Origin: Nitrosotalea sp.
Lineage (GTDB): Bacteria; Chloroflexota; Dormibacteria; Dormibacterales; Dormibacteraceae
Length of the DNA stretch: 64,000 nt
Assembly: GCA_035687505.1 (NCBI GenBank)
Contig: DASRWV010000087.1
Span: 7,204 to 71,203, forward strand
Direction of reading: 5' to 3'
The notes under the pieces were generated by a model. That model was not told the DNA's origin and did not search any database. It saw nothing but the letters and a program-made list of their open reading frames with translations. Of this stretch, positions 1-9,016 are shown piece after piece. Every line of letters begins with the position of its first letter. Position 1 is the first letter of the stretch. A program made the position numbers and the translations under genes.

Positions 1-1
1 C

Positions 2-973
2 TTGTCCGAACTCGACTTCCGCACCGGACGCTGGTCGGCGGCCCACACTGAGGCAGCCGAGGCGGTCGAGCTCGCCACCGAGCTTGGGCACAGGTTCTCC
101 TTGATGTATGCGCTCGCCTGCCTTTCCTGGATCGAGGCGGCCCGCGGATTGGAAGTGGACTGCAAGGCTCACCTTGCAAGGCTGTGGGAAGTATCCGAGC
201 ACGCCCGGGACGCTGCCGGCGGCTATGTCGCTCGTATCAGCGGGCTTTTGGAGCTCGGGATGGGGCGGAATGAGGAGGCCGCCAAACATCTCTTGCCAGT
301 GGTCGAGGCCTTGGCGCGGTTAGGACTGAGTACGCCGTATCTGTTTCAGGAAGGCCCGGACTTGATCGAAGCATATGTCCACACCGGCCGGCGCTCGCAG
401 GCGCAGGCGGCGCTCATGGTCCTGCAGGCGCAGGCGGCGACTGCTCCCGGATTGTGGACTCGCGCCGCCGCTGCTCGATCCCGCGGGCTGCTCGAGGACG
501 ACTTCCAGCCTTGGTTCGAGGAGGCGATGGCGCTGCACGCTCGCACCGACATGCCTTTTGAGCGAGCCCGGACCGAGCTCTGCTTCGGAGAGCGGCTGCG
601 AAGGGCTCGCCGCCGGGCCGAGGCTCGCGACCAGCTGCACGCCGCGCTTCAGACTTTCGAACGCTTGGGCGCTGAGCCGTGGGCCGATCGCGCCCGCAAC
701 GAGCTGCGAGCGACGGGAGAGACTGTACATCGCGACCGATCGGCGTCAGACGAACTGACGCTTCAGGAACTGCAGGTTGCTTTGAAGGTGTCCGGAGGTG
801 CCACCAACCGCGAGGCTGCCGCGGCTATGTTCCTGAGTCCGAAGACAATCGAAGCTCATCTCAGCCGCATCTACAGCAAGCTCGGAATTCGATCACGCAC
901 CGAGTTGGCCAACAGATTTGCACAAGACAGCTTGCGGACGCCGACTGGCGCTACATCGGCCTCCAGGCGGTAG
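2..973 (+). CDS. LuxR-family transcriptional regulator, C-terminal part (5' end runs off the window)
   Basis: Frame is open from the window edge. A helical-repeat (TPR-like) region is followed by a C-terminal LuxR/GerE HTH (TNREAAAAMFLSPKTIEAHLSRIYSKLGIRSRTEL). Confidence 0.8.
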   Translation: MSELDFRTGRWSAAHTEAAEAVELATELGHRFSLMYALACLSWIEAARGLEVDCKAHLARLWEVSEHARDAAGGYVARISGLLELGMGRNEEAAKHLLPVVEALARLGLSTPYLFQEGPDLIEAYVHTGRRSQAQAALMVLQAQAATAPGLWTRAAAARSRGLLEDDFQPWFEEAMALHARTDMPFERARTELCFGERLRRARRRAEARDQLHAALQTFERLGAEPWADRARNELRATGETVHRDRSASDELTLQELQVALKVSGGATNREAAAAMFLSPKTIEAHLSRIYSKLGIRSRTELANRFAQDSLRTPTGATSASRR

Positions 974-1117
974 CGCCGCAGATCTTGCACTGGTACTCGG
1001 CTTGACCCTGGGCGTTCTTTTGGCCGGTCGCCCTCCAGATCAGAGCTGAACGCTTGATCACATTGCAGACGCACGGTTTCGATGTCGCATGGGTTGAATT
1101 GGGCTTGTCGGACATGT

Positions 1118-2188
1118 CTACACCTCCATTGGTTTGGCTTTCGGTCGAGTGGCCGCGATTCGGTTGACGACGTATTCGGCATCTCTGCCGACACCATCGA
1201 TCAGTGCTGAGTTGTGTCCGAACTGGAACGGCAGGCCCATGAAGTAAAGGCCTGGTTCCGACCGCACCACGCCGCGCTCGTGAGGCGGGACGTGGCCGCC
1301 GACGGTCGCGGGCCGTTGGATCCACCTGTAGTCGTGTTTGAAGCCGGTGCACCAGACAATTGTCTTGACAGTAAGCTGGCGACCACCATCCAGCCGCGGC
1401 TTGCCAGCCTCGACACCTTCGACCCGGGGTACTCGCGTGATGCCTGCGGCCGCGAAATCCTGCTCTCGGATTCGCACCAGCGGCGTGCCTTTGCCCCGAA
1501 GCTGCATGTTCATCTTCCGGCCAATCGGTGTGTTCACGGTGATCAGCCGGGTGGCCAGCCACCACGAAGGACGCGAATACAGGACAGGCGAGGCGCTGCC
1601 GGTCGGCCGGCCGGCAAGCCACACCCGATGTTGCTGCGCAGCGTCCAGGGATATCTCGGCGCCCGAGTTCCCGGCGCCGACAACCAGGACATCGCCATCT
1701 TGCAACTGCGATGGGTCGCGGTAGTCCGATGAATGCAGCTGCAAGATGCCTTGATCCAGCTCGGCAGCAAAGTCGGGTCGTTTGGGGTTTGGATGTCCAC
1801 CGGTCGCGACGACGACTTGATCTGCCTCGAACCGTCGATTGCCGGCGATTAGGACAAACGGGTTTCCCTCTCTTTTGAGCGCCTCGACGCGAGTGCCTAA
1901 TCGGATGGGTAGCTTGTGGTGGCCGGCGTAGCTCTCCAGGTAATTGGCCATCTCATCCTTCGTCGGCAACGCCCTAGCTCGGTCCGGGAACGGCGTGCCC
2001 GGGAGGCCGTCCAGGCGAGCGGGTGTAAACAGCCGCAGGGATTCCCAACGCCTGCGCCACGCTTCGCCGACGCGGGGATAGGCGTCAAGAATGACGAAAT
2101 TGATGTTGCGCCTCGCCAGGTGAAAACCAACTGCGAGACCCGCCTGACCTCCGCCGACGACGACCACCTCGAAATGCTCAGATGTCAA
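1118..2188 (-). CDS. FAD/NAD(P)-binding oxidoreductase (flavin-containing monooxygenase-like)
   Basis: N-terminal dinucleotide-binding motif VVVVGGGQAGL and a second GxGxxG (VVGAGNSGAEI). 356 aa. Confidence 0.8.
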   Translation of the reverse strand: MTSEHFEVVVVGGGQAGLAVGFHLARRNINFVILDAYPRVGEAWRRRWESLRLFTPARLDGLPGTPFPDRARALPTKDEMANYLESYAGHHKLPIRLGTRVEALKREGNPFVLIAGNRRFEADQVVVATGGHPNPKRPDFAAELDQGILQLHSSDYRDPSQLQDGDVLVVGAGNSGAEISLDAAQQHRVWLAGRPTGSASPVLYSRPSWWLATRLITVNTPIGRKMNMQLRGKGTPLVRIREQDFAAAGITRVPRVEGVEAGKPRLDGGRQLTVKTIVWCTGFKHDYRWIQRPATVGGHVPPHERGVVRSEPGLYFMGLPFQFGHNSALIDGVGRDAEYVVNRIAATRPKAKPMEV

Positions 2189-2270
2189 TTGACTCGTCCG
2201 CTCATTGGAACGTCAGGCTAAAGCGTCGGGCTCAGCAGTTGAATCGGGGAAACCCCCAATTCCCTGGGTT

Positions 2271-2573
2271 TCAGAGTACGGCGAGATCAAGGTCCATGAC
2301 ACGCAATTCGGCAACGTCGGCGACGAGAGCATCGGCTATCGGGACGTGGTCAGGATGTTCAAGGTATCGAGGAAGTGCACCCCGATCGGGCAGTGTCACG
2401 ACGATGCAGTGGGTGAGGCCGCCGGCACGGTCGGTATAGCTGGCGCTGCACTCAACGGAGAGAGCCTCCGGAACTAGGTGCGCGAGAGAACGAACCGCGG
2501 CCACGTGGTGTGCAATGCGCTTCTCATCGGTTCCTTCTTTGAACCTGAACCACGCGATGTGCATAGCCGTCAT
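2271..2573 (-). CDS. Dabb (stress-responsive alpha/beta barrel) family protein
   Basis: 100-aa protein with the typical Dabb layout (HIAWFRFKEGT ... YLEHPDHVPI). Confidence 0.7.
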   Translation of the reverse strand: MTAMHIAWFRFKEGTDEKRIAHHVAAVRSLAHLVPEALSVECSASYTDRAGGLTHCIVVTLPDRGALPRYLEHPDHVPIADALVADVAELRVMDLDLAVL

Positions 2574-2747
2574 GTCCGTTGCCCTCCGTCTCGTTTTGTG
2601 AACAACAAAGCAACTGTCTTGGCGTCGAGCTCTTGCCGCAGGCTGTCAAACCCAGCGTAATACCTAGTCCATCACAGCCGATCTGAAACCAGCCTTCCAC
2701 CTTGAACCGGCGCAGTGCGCGACCAACGGAGCCGCTGGTGGTCCCCG

Positions 2748-3557
2748 TCAGGACAGATAACGCTGCGCCAAAGTCGGTCGCATTCCGGCTGCGAAAACGC
2801 CTTCTGCCTTGTCGTGATGCTGAAGACGATCGGTTTCTTCGAGCGTTGGGATGCATACGACCTCACCCCGTTCGAGGCCGATCATGCTCGCCTTGACCAC
2901 CTCTTCTGGCTCGAGTCTCGGCCGGCCTGACATGTCCATGTTCTGGCGGGTGTGGAATTCAGTCTTCACGACGCCCGGGCAAACGATCTGGACTTTGACG
3001 CCCGTGTCACGGAGCTCCACCGCGAGAAGCTGGAAGAAGGTGAGGAGGAACGCTTTGCTAGCTGCGTACACGGCGCGCTTGGGCAACTGCGGATTTTCTG
3101 ATGTCGCGCTGAAGCCGAGCAGCGAAGAAAAGCTGACCACGGATCCTTTGCCGCGCTTGACCATGCCGGGAAGCGCTGCGTGGATCATCCGCACCGGCGC
3201 CAGAACGTTCAGGTTGACCAACTCCTCCGCCTTGTCGGGTGGGAGGTCGAGGAACGGCATGTAATAGGCGAGGGCAGCGCTGTCGACCACCACCTCGAGG
3301 CGCGGCTGAGTTGCGACGGCATCCACTGCGTGCCGTCCCGATTCCGTCGACAGGTCGGCGACGAGAGGTTGAACCGAAACGCCGTGTGCCGATTCGAGGT
3401 GACGCTTGACCTCGTCGAGTCGTTCTTTTCGCCTCGCAACGACGATGAGATCGTAGCCATCCGACGCGAGGCGCTCCGCATAAGCCCGGCCGATACCGGC
3501 TGATGCCCCTGTGACAAGCGCGAGTGGGCGGCTCATCGAACTCGCATGGGATGTCAT
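2748..3557 (-). CDS. SDR family oxidoreductase
   Basis: The track ORF (to 3788) is over-extended. The internal ATG at 3557 is preceded by AAGGAG and gives MTSH...LALVTGASAGIGRAY (TGxxxGxG) plus YAASK (YxxxK). Confidence 0.85.
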   Translation of the reverse strand: MTSHASSMSRPLALVTGASAGIGRAYAERLASDGYDLIVVARRKERLDEVKRHLESAHGVSVQPLVADLSTESGRHAVDAVATQPRLEVVVDSAALAYYMPFLDLPPDKAEELVNLNVLAPVRMIHAALPGMVKRGKGSVVSFSSLLGFSATSENPQLPKRAVYAASKAFLLTFFQLLAVELRDTGVKVQIVCPGVVKTEFHTRQNMDMSGRPRLEPEEVVKASMIGLERGEVVCIPTLEETDRLQHHDKAEGVFAAGMRPTLAQRYLS

Positions 3558-3567
3558 CTGCTTCTCC

Positions 3568-4011
3568 TTACGAAGGACGGGCTGCAGGAGCGACGTCTGC
3601 AGAGGCGGTGAGCTGGGCAATTGCGCTGCCACTATCGATCCAGACGTTTTCACGGCTGATCCGGCCGTCACGGAACTCCCATACGTGCAAAAGGCGGTGG
3701 GAAATCCGCTTACCGTGGCCGGGGACGCCCAAGAAGTTCCCGGGTACGGTGCCGGTCCACATGTGCTCGATGACGCAGAAGTCCTCACCGTAATAGCTGT
3801 GGGTAGGCTTCATTTCCTCGGTGCGAATCGACTGAGTGAGGTCTTCGTAGAACCCCTGGGCCGGACCCTTGCCATGCACGGGGCCGGTGGGATACCCCAC
3901 CACATCGTGCTCGACATCCTCGGTGTAAACGGAAATCGCTCCAGTCGTGTCTGCTGCCTTTTCCGCCGCCAAGTGGACCTCGATCAGCTTGTCCATCTCC
4001 GCTGGTTTCAT
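3568..4011 (-). CDS. SnoaL-like / ester-cyclase (NTF2-fold) protein
   Basis: 147 aa with ester-cyclase-like motifs (VYTEDVEHDVVG ... HLLHVWEFRDGRISRENVWID). Confidence 0.65.
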   Translation of the reverse strand: MKPAEMDKLIEVHLAAEKAADTTGAISVYTEDVEHDVVGYPTGPVHGKGPAQGFYEDLTQSIRTEEMKPTHSYYGEDFCVIEHMWTGTVPGNFLGVPGHGKRISHRLLHVWEFRDGRISRENVWIDSGSAIAQLTASADVAPAARPS

Positions 4012-4091
4012 GGTCTCTCCTCAAGCTCCAACTGGGTGAATTGTTCGTGAGACAGCATATCTCATAACGAGACGTGCTGTATTGTTAATCC

Positions 4092-4760
4092 ATGAGTCGA
4101 TCAGAGGTTCCAAAAACCGAAGCACTCTCGCCCGGGGGCATGCGCCACCGACAGAAGAACCGGACGCGAAGAGCCCTGCTCGACGCAGCCGCAGAGCTGA
4201 TGAGGCAGGGCCGCGAGCCCACCGTCGCGGAGGTGGCGGAGGTGGCGGAGGTCTCGAGGGCGACTGCCTATCGATACTTCCCAACCCAGGAAAGTCTGCT
4301 CGTCGAGATGCGGATGTTCGCTCCCGAGGGACCGCTCGAGATGTTCGACAAAGTTGTTCTCGAATCCGGCGATCCCGTGGAACGCGTGGGTGTTCTCGCC
4401 AGGGAGGTGTCCGAGTGGGCCCTGCAGAACGAAACGGCGCTCCGCACCTTGCTACGCCTGTCGCTGGATCCGGAGACCGGGGTTCGGCGCCCGGGTCATC
4501 GGATCCGCTGGATCGCTGAAGCACTGCAACCCCTGCAAGGGAAAGTCGATGGCGCCACTCTTGATCGACTGTCCAGCGCCTTGACCATGCTCTTGGGCAT
4601 TGACCCGATTATTCCTCTCCGAGACTTTGCGGAACTGCCTCCCGCACAGGCGATCGAGGTCATCGAGTGGGCGGCTCGCATGCTCGTCCGTTCCGTTGTT
4701 GACGAGGTCGCACTGGGGACGGAAGTTAGACGAGCGCGCGCGCCGGCCAAGCGAGTCTGA
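4092..4760 (+). CDS. TetR/AcrR family transcriptional regulator
   Basis: N-terminal TetR HTH (RRALLDAAAELMRQGREPTVAEVAEVAEVSRATAYRYFPTQESLL). Divergent from the oxidoreductase cassette. Confidence 0.85.
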   Translation: MSRSEVPKTEALSPGGMRHRQKNRTRRALLDAAAELMRQGREPTVAEVAEVAEVSRATAYRYFPTQESLLVEMRMFAPEGPLEMFDKVVLESGDPVERVGVLAREVSEWALQNETALRTLLRLSLDPETGVRRPGHRIRWIAEALQPLQGKVDGATLDRLSSALTMLLGIDPIIPLRDFAELPPAQAIEVIEWAARMLVRSVVDEVALGTEVRRARAPAKRV

Positions 4761-4793
4761 TCGCCGGAATTGCAACTGCTGCGCGGGCGGATT

Positions 4794-4861
4794 CCGCACG
4801 TCTGACGCCACACGTTTGCATCCCGAACAGCTGAACCGCACGTCTGACGTCAAACGTTCGC
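4794..4861. repeat. Two 26-nt direct repeats, 42 bp start to start (candidate operator pair)
   Basis: CCGCACGTCTGACGCCACACGTTTGC (4794-4819) and CCGCACGTCTGACGTCAAACGTTCGC (4836-4861) are 23/26 identical. The core is ACGTC-T-GACG(T/C). The spacers are unrelated. Confidence 0.6.
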
Positions 4862-4951
4862 TTTAAGCCTGATTCACGCCGCTCCTTCAGCGGAATATTT
4901 CTCCGCCCCACGCCTTCTGGTGTATGAGCAGGCCACTATTCAGATCGACTG

Positions 4952-5710
4952 ATGGAGCAACAAAAGGCAATGTCCTCTACACAACAAGGCAACCTCGAAG
5001 GGCAGAAAGCACTCGTGACCGGCGCCACGTCCGGCATTGGCCGTGCGATCGCCTTACAGCTCGCCCGCGACGGCGCCGAGGTAATCGTCCACGGCCGCGA
5101 CGCCGCCCGGGGCGTCGAGACTGTGAAAGCGATCGAGGCCGGCGGCGGTCGGGCGCGCTTTGTCGCAGCCGATCTCAGCGATCCAGCGGAGGTTCGACGC
5201 CTGGCCCAAGAAGCCGGCGACGTGGACATCCTGGTCAACAACGCGGGGTTTTCCTTGTTCGGCGCCACTGCAGGCCTCGAGGTCGAGAGGTTTGATGCGC
5301 TCTTTGCGAGCAACGTGCGGGCACCTTTCTTCCTTGTCGCCGCACTGGCGCCGGGGATGGCCGTCAGGGGCAAGGGCACCATCATCAACATGAGCAGCAT
5401 GGCCGGCCAGATTGGACTCGCCGGGGGCGCCGCTTACGGCGCGTCCAAGGCCGCTCTCGTGTCGATGACGCGCTCGTGTGCCGCGGAGTTCAGCCACAAC
5501 GGCGTTCGGGTGAATGCCGTCGCGGCCGGCCCGGTGTTCACCGAAGGCGCGGTACGCGATCGGACAGATGCGCTAGGAAAGACCACTTTGCTTGGACGGG
5601 GTGCGAACCCCGAGGAGATCGCAGAGGTAGTCGGATTCCTCACCTCGCCTCGTGCCAGCTATGTGACCGGCGCGATCGTCGCTGTCGACGGCGGTCGAAC
5701 TGCGATCTAG
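4952..5710 (+). CDS. SDR family oxidoreductase (FabG-like)
   Basis: ALVTGATSGIGRAIA (TGxxxGxG), NNAG, YGASKAAL (YxxxK). The alternative start ATG 4970 is equally plausible. Confidence 0.85.
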   Translation: MEQQKAMSSTQQGNLEGQKALVTGATSGIGRAIALQLARDGAEVIVHGRDAARGVETVKAIEAGGGRARFVAADLSDPAEVRRLAQEAGDVDILVNNAGFSLFGATAGLEVERFDALFASNVRAPFFLVAALAPGMAVRGKGTIINMSSMAGQIGLAGGAAYGASKAALVSMTRSCAAEFSHNGVRVNAVAAGPVFTEGAVRDRTDALGKTTLLGRGANPEEIAEVVGFLTSPRASYVTGAIVAVDGGRTAI

Positions 5711-5732
5711 ACCGTCGATTTCGTCGAACGCC

Positions 5733-7034
5733 TCAGAAATTGATTCGCGTCAAGCGCCATGAAGTCCCTGGTGGATCAAGCGGGTCGGCGGTGATCAGGG
5801 GGACGTCGGCGTGCTGATCGCCCATGACGATATTGAGTTTCCCCGCGGGCGTCCCTCGAGCCAGGGGACGATCGACGACGGGCATTTGCGCGTCGAGGCG
5901 CTGTCGAATGATCATGCCGGGCCACAGCACCAGCGTGACGTTGTTAATGGCGACGAGGTCCGAGTGACCTCCCCACGCGGTGTCGTACCTCCCCAGCACT
6001 TCGTTCGCGGTGATGACCCGGCGCACTTTCAATGCGGCCTTCATGGTGCCGATGAGCGCCATGGCCGCTTTGAAGGCCGCGTCCAGCGTCGGCTGGCCCA
6101 TGACGCAGCCATACAAAGTCACCAGCTCAGCGTCGACGCTGGCCGTGGCCGCGAACAGAAAGTTCGCGCCGGAATTCAATCCCGATCCGGTCTTGATCCC
6201 GATGATCCCGCTCTGCCCTAGAACGTAATTGACGTTGTAGACCTTGCCGGCCACCGGCAGCGTCGCCTCCGGCATGTTGACCACCTGGGCGAGAACCTCC
6301 TGCTGCATCGCCGCCATGCCGATCGCGAGCAGATCGGTCGGCGTGCTTACCGTCTGGGTCGAAACCCCGGCGGGATCTGCAAATGTCGTGTGCTTCAGGT
6401 GAAGCGCAGCCGCGCGCTCGTTCATCTTGGCGACGAAGGCTGCGACTGAGCCGGCATCCCAGCGAGCCAGCGTCTCCGCGATGTTGTTGCCTGACGGGAT
6501 GAGGAGTGCCTCCAGCGCCTCGAGCTCGCTCAGCTGCTCACCCGTCTTCACCGGAACGACGGACTGTCCGTCGCCGGCATCTGCCATATAGGTGGCCACG
6601 TCCTGCTCGGTGATGGTCAGGGTCGGCCCCACGTTGCCTTTCGCCAGCGGTTTGTCACCGAGCAGGACAAGCGCCGTCATCACCTTCGCCACGCTTGCCG
6701 CAGGTGCTGGAGGTACATCGCCTGAGGTCGCGATCAAGCCGAGGCCGGAAGCGCCTACTGCCGCGGAACCCTGACTGGGCCAGGGTAACGTCGGCGGGTT
6801 TCCAGCGACTTTTTGTTGGGTCGGACCCGAGCTGGTTGCAGCCACCGCAGGAATCGGTCGCAAGTAGTTGACTGTGCCCAGCGCGGCAAGCACCGCCACG
6901 ATCAGGGCAATCCATCCCAGCCATGCGACGCGGCGCCGAGGGACATAGCCGGACCCTGCCTTCGGTCTCCGGACATACCTGCTGGTGGACGCGGGGGTGG
7001 GGCGGACTTCGACCGTCAACCGAAAGCGTGCCAA
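5733..7034 (-). CDS. D-alanyl-D-alanine carboxypeptidase (serine peptidase S11), membrane-anchored
   Basis: SxxK (SVAK), SGN (IPSGNN) and KTG (IKTGSG) motifs in canonical order. N-terminal TM segment. Exact start uncertain. Confidence 0.8.
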   Translation of the reverse strand: MARFRLTVEVRPTPASTSRYVRRPKAGSGYVPRRRVAWLGWIALIVAVLAALGTVNYLRPIPAVAATSSGPTQQKVAGNPPTLPWPSQGSAAVGASGLGLIATSGDVPPAPAASVAKVMTALVLLGDKPLAKGNVGPTLTITEQDVATYMADAGDGQSVVPVKTGEQLSELEALEALLIPSGNNIAETLARWDAGSVAAFVAKMNERAAALHLKHTTFADPAGVSTQTVSTPTDLLAIGMAAMQQEVLAQVVNMPEATLPVAGKVYNVNYVLGQSGIIGIKTGSGLNSGANFLFAATASVDAELVTLYGCVMGQPTLDAAFKAAMALIGTMKAALKVRRVITANEVLGRYDTAWGGHSDLVAINNVTLVLWPGMIIRQRLDAQMPVVDRPLARGTPAGKLNIVMGDQHADVPLITADPLDPPGTSWRLTRINF

Positions 7035-7141
7035 TTTTTCCTATCTTGCACCCGAAATTGGCGCAGGCGCTTGGTATCGGGTTGGACCCCGCAATCGGTC
7101 GGCTAAACTCGTGTTCGGTGATTTGATGGGGGGAGGCGTAC

Positions 7142-7663
7142 GTGCCTGCTGACTCTGATCTCTACCGCGTACTTCAAGTTGATCCTTCAGCTGATCCCGA
7201 AGTGATCGAGGCTGCGTATCGGCGTCTGGCTCTCAAGTACCACCCCGATCACAACCGGGGCGACGCACGAGCCGAAGAGCAGATGAAGCGGATCAACGCT
7301 GCCTTTCGCGTCCTCAGCAGACCTGACTCGCGTGCGGAATACGATTCACACAGCCGTGCTCGGCTGCCCGAACTGGAAATCACGCCCAGCGAAGTGGTGT
7401 TGCGAGCCGTGGATCCCGCAGCTCGAGAAATCAACTTCTCAGTGCGCTTGAGACAAGCAGGCGGACCTCCGTTCGATCCCGCGATTCATCGCATCGATCT
7501 CGCTCTGGCTCCCCCGTGGCATCAAGCCGAGGTTCACTGGCACTGGAGCGACGATCGCCTTCCTGCGGATGTCGACTTCACCCTCGCGTTCGCCGATGGT
7601 TTCCTCGAGCCCGGCAACTCACTCAGCGGCCACATCGAGTTGAATGTGACGGCAATCGAATAG
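7142..7663 (+). CDS. J-domain protein with an uncharacterised C-terminal domain
   Basis: GTG start preceded by GGGGGGAGG. J-domain signature LYRVLQVDPSADPEVIEAAYRRLALKYHPDHN with an intact HPD. No DnaJ Zn-finger or G/F region. Confidence 0.8.
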   Translation: MPADSDLYRVLQVDPSADPEVIEAAYRRLALKYHPDHNRGDARAEEQMKRINAAFRVLSRPDSRAEYDSHSRARLPELEITPSEVVLRAVDPAAREINFSVRLRQAGGPPFDPAIHRIDLALAPPWHQAEVHWHWSDDRLPADVDFTLAFADGFLEPGNSLSGHIELNVTAIE

Positions 7664-7665
7664 GC

Positions 7666-8397
7666 GTGAGCAAGATAGTCCCCACTCCATCTCACTCCGA
7701 CATGTCGATGACTGGCGAAACAAGAGTCGTGCGAATGGAAATCGGCCGAGACTCGGCGAAGGCCCGCGCAGACCTCGTTTTTGTCATCGACACGACTGGC
7801 AGCATGAACGACAAGATCGACGGCCTCATCGAAAGCTGCCAATCCTTTGTCGACAGGCTCGCCGCCAAGCGCATCGATTGGGTTGCTGCCGTGGTGGGTT
7901 TCGGAGACCTCACGGTCGAGGGGGATCGAATTGTTGCGACTCCATTCAGCTCCAGCGCGGATCGCGTCAAAACGCAGCTTCGCGGTCTACCTCGCAATTC
8001 GGGCGGAGGTAATGAAGGGGAATCGTCGCTGGAAGCTTTGCGAGCGGCACTGAACCTGACGGGTTACCGCCCCGACGCAATGAAAGTCGTGATCCTGATC
8101 ACCGACGAGCCTGCATTGCAACGCGAGCTCCGGCCGGCCGCCATGACCGGGAGGCTGCGGGAAGCAGGCGCCCTGGCCTTTGTACTGTCGCCAAATCTCA
8201 AGTACTTCCGTGCCATGGCCACCGAAACCGGAGGCCAGTGGTGGAACGTCGATTCCGGAGGGGATTTCTCGAAGATCCTCGACGTTTTCGACAAGATCGC
8301 GACGAAGGTTGCCTCCACGGTGGCGGCCGTGCATCAGCTCACTGGAGGCAACGTGAAGGAATACATGAGCCTTCCGCCGTCCAGAAGAGAGGATTAA
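7666..8397 (+). CDS. Cytoplasmic von Willebrand factor A (vWA) domain protein with MIDAS motif
   Basis: DLVFVIDTTGSM (DxTxS), GGGNEGES and VILITDE form a complete MIDAS. No signal peptide. GTG 7666 begins 2 nt after the J-protein stop codon (7661-7663); the alternative is ATG 7702. The track ORF from 7516 overlaps the upstream gene and is over-extended. Confidence 0.75.
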   Translation: MSKIVPTPSHSDMSMTGETRVVRMEIGRDSAKARADLVFVIDTTGSMNDKIDGLIESCQSFVDRLAAKRIDWVAAVVGFGDLTVEGDRIVATPFSSSADRVKTQLRGLPRNSGGGNEGESSLEALRAALNLTGYRPDAMKVVILITDEPALQRELRPAAMTGRLREAGALAFVLSPNLKYFRAMATETGGQWWNVDSGGDFSKILDVFDKIATKVASTVAAVHQLTGGNVKEYMSLPPSRRED

Positions 8398-8405
8398 AAC
8401 GTCCC

Positions 8406-8996
8406 TCAGCGAGTAGAGGAGCCGGCCAAACCCTCGAGCCCGCGAATCGACTCGATCATCCCGAGATGCCGGCTCAGGTGTTCGAGGTAGATGAGGATAT
8501 TGTCGAGTCTCGAGTCGCCATCCGGGTCATCCTTGGCAACCGCCAGCAGCAGATCATCCGGAATGAGCTCGATCGCCTCCTCCGCGTATGCGAAGGCGAG
8601 TCTGGCGTAGCCGATCACTTCCTTCTGATCAGGGAACCGGAGATCTTCCGCCGCCTCGTCAGTCATCTTGGTCCCCGTGTCGCGGAGCCCCATCGACTCG
8701 GAAGGGAAGGACCATCGTGCCGCCAGCGACTCTCGCTCCCAGACCTGCTTGCGAGGCTCGTGATCCAATGCCCTGTGGAAGTAGGACGCGATGACGTCGT
8801 CCCAGCGGGCGGCGTGCCACAGCTGCCAGGCGACCGAGTGCAGACTCGGACCGGCGCTCCACGCAAATTGCTCCGGAGAGAGCTCGTCCCCCGCCTTCAA
8901 CAACCGTTCGTGCGTGAGTCTGTAGAACCGTAAGAGTGTCTCTTTGAGCGAGCGTTGATGAGCGGCCACCAAGCACCAAGGTACTGCGCCCCTCAA
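8406..8996 (-). CDS. DinB-family (four-helix bundle) protein
   Basis: DinB_2-like pattern (SPEQFAW...SVAWQLWHAARWDD...LEHLSRHLGMI). Start (TTG 8996) uncertain. Confidence 0.6.
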   Translation of the reverse strand: MRGAVPWCLVAAHQRSLKETLLRFYRLTHERLLKAGDELSPEQFAWSAGPSLHSVAWQLWHAARWDDVIASYFHRALDHEPRKQVWERESLAARWSFPSESMGLRDTGTKMTDEAAEDLRFPDQKEVIGYARLAFAYAEEAIELIPDDLLLAVAKDDPDGDSRLDNILIYLEHLSRHLGMIESIRGLEGLAGSSTR

Positions 8997-9016
8997 AACG
9001 CCGTGATGACGACGCG

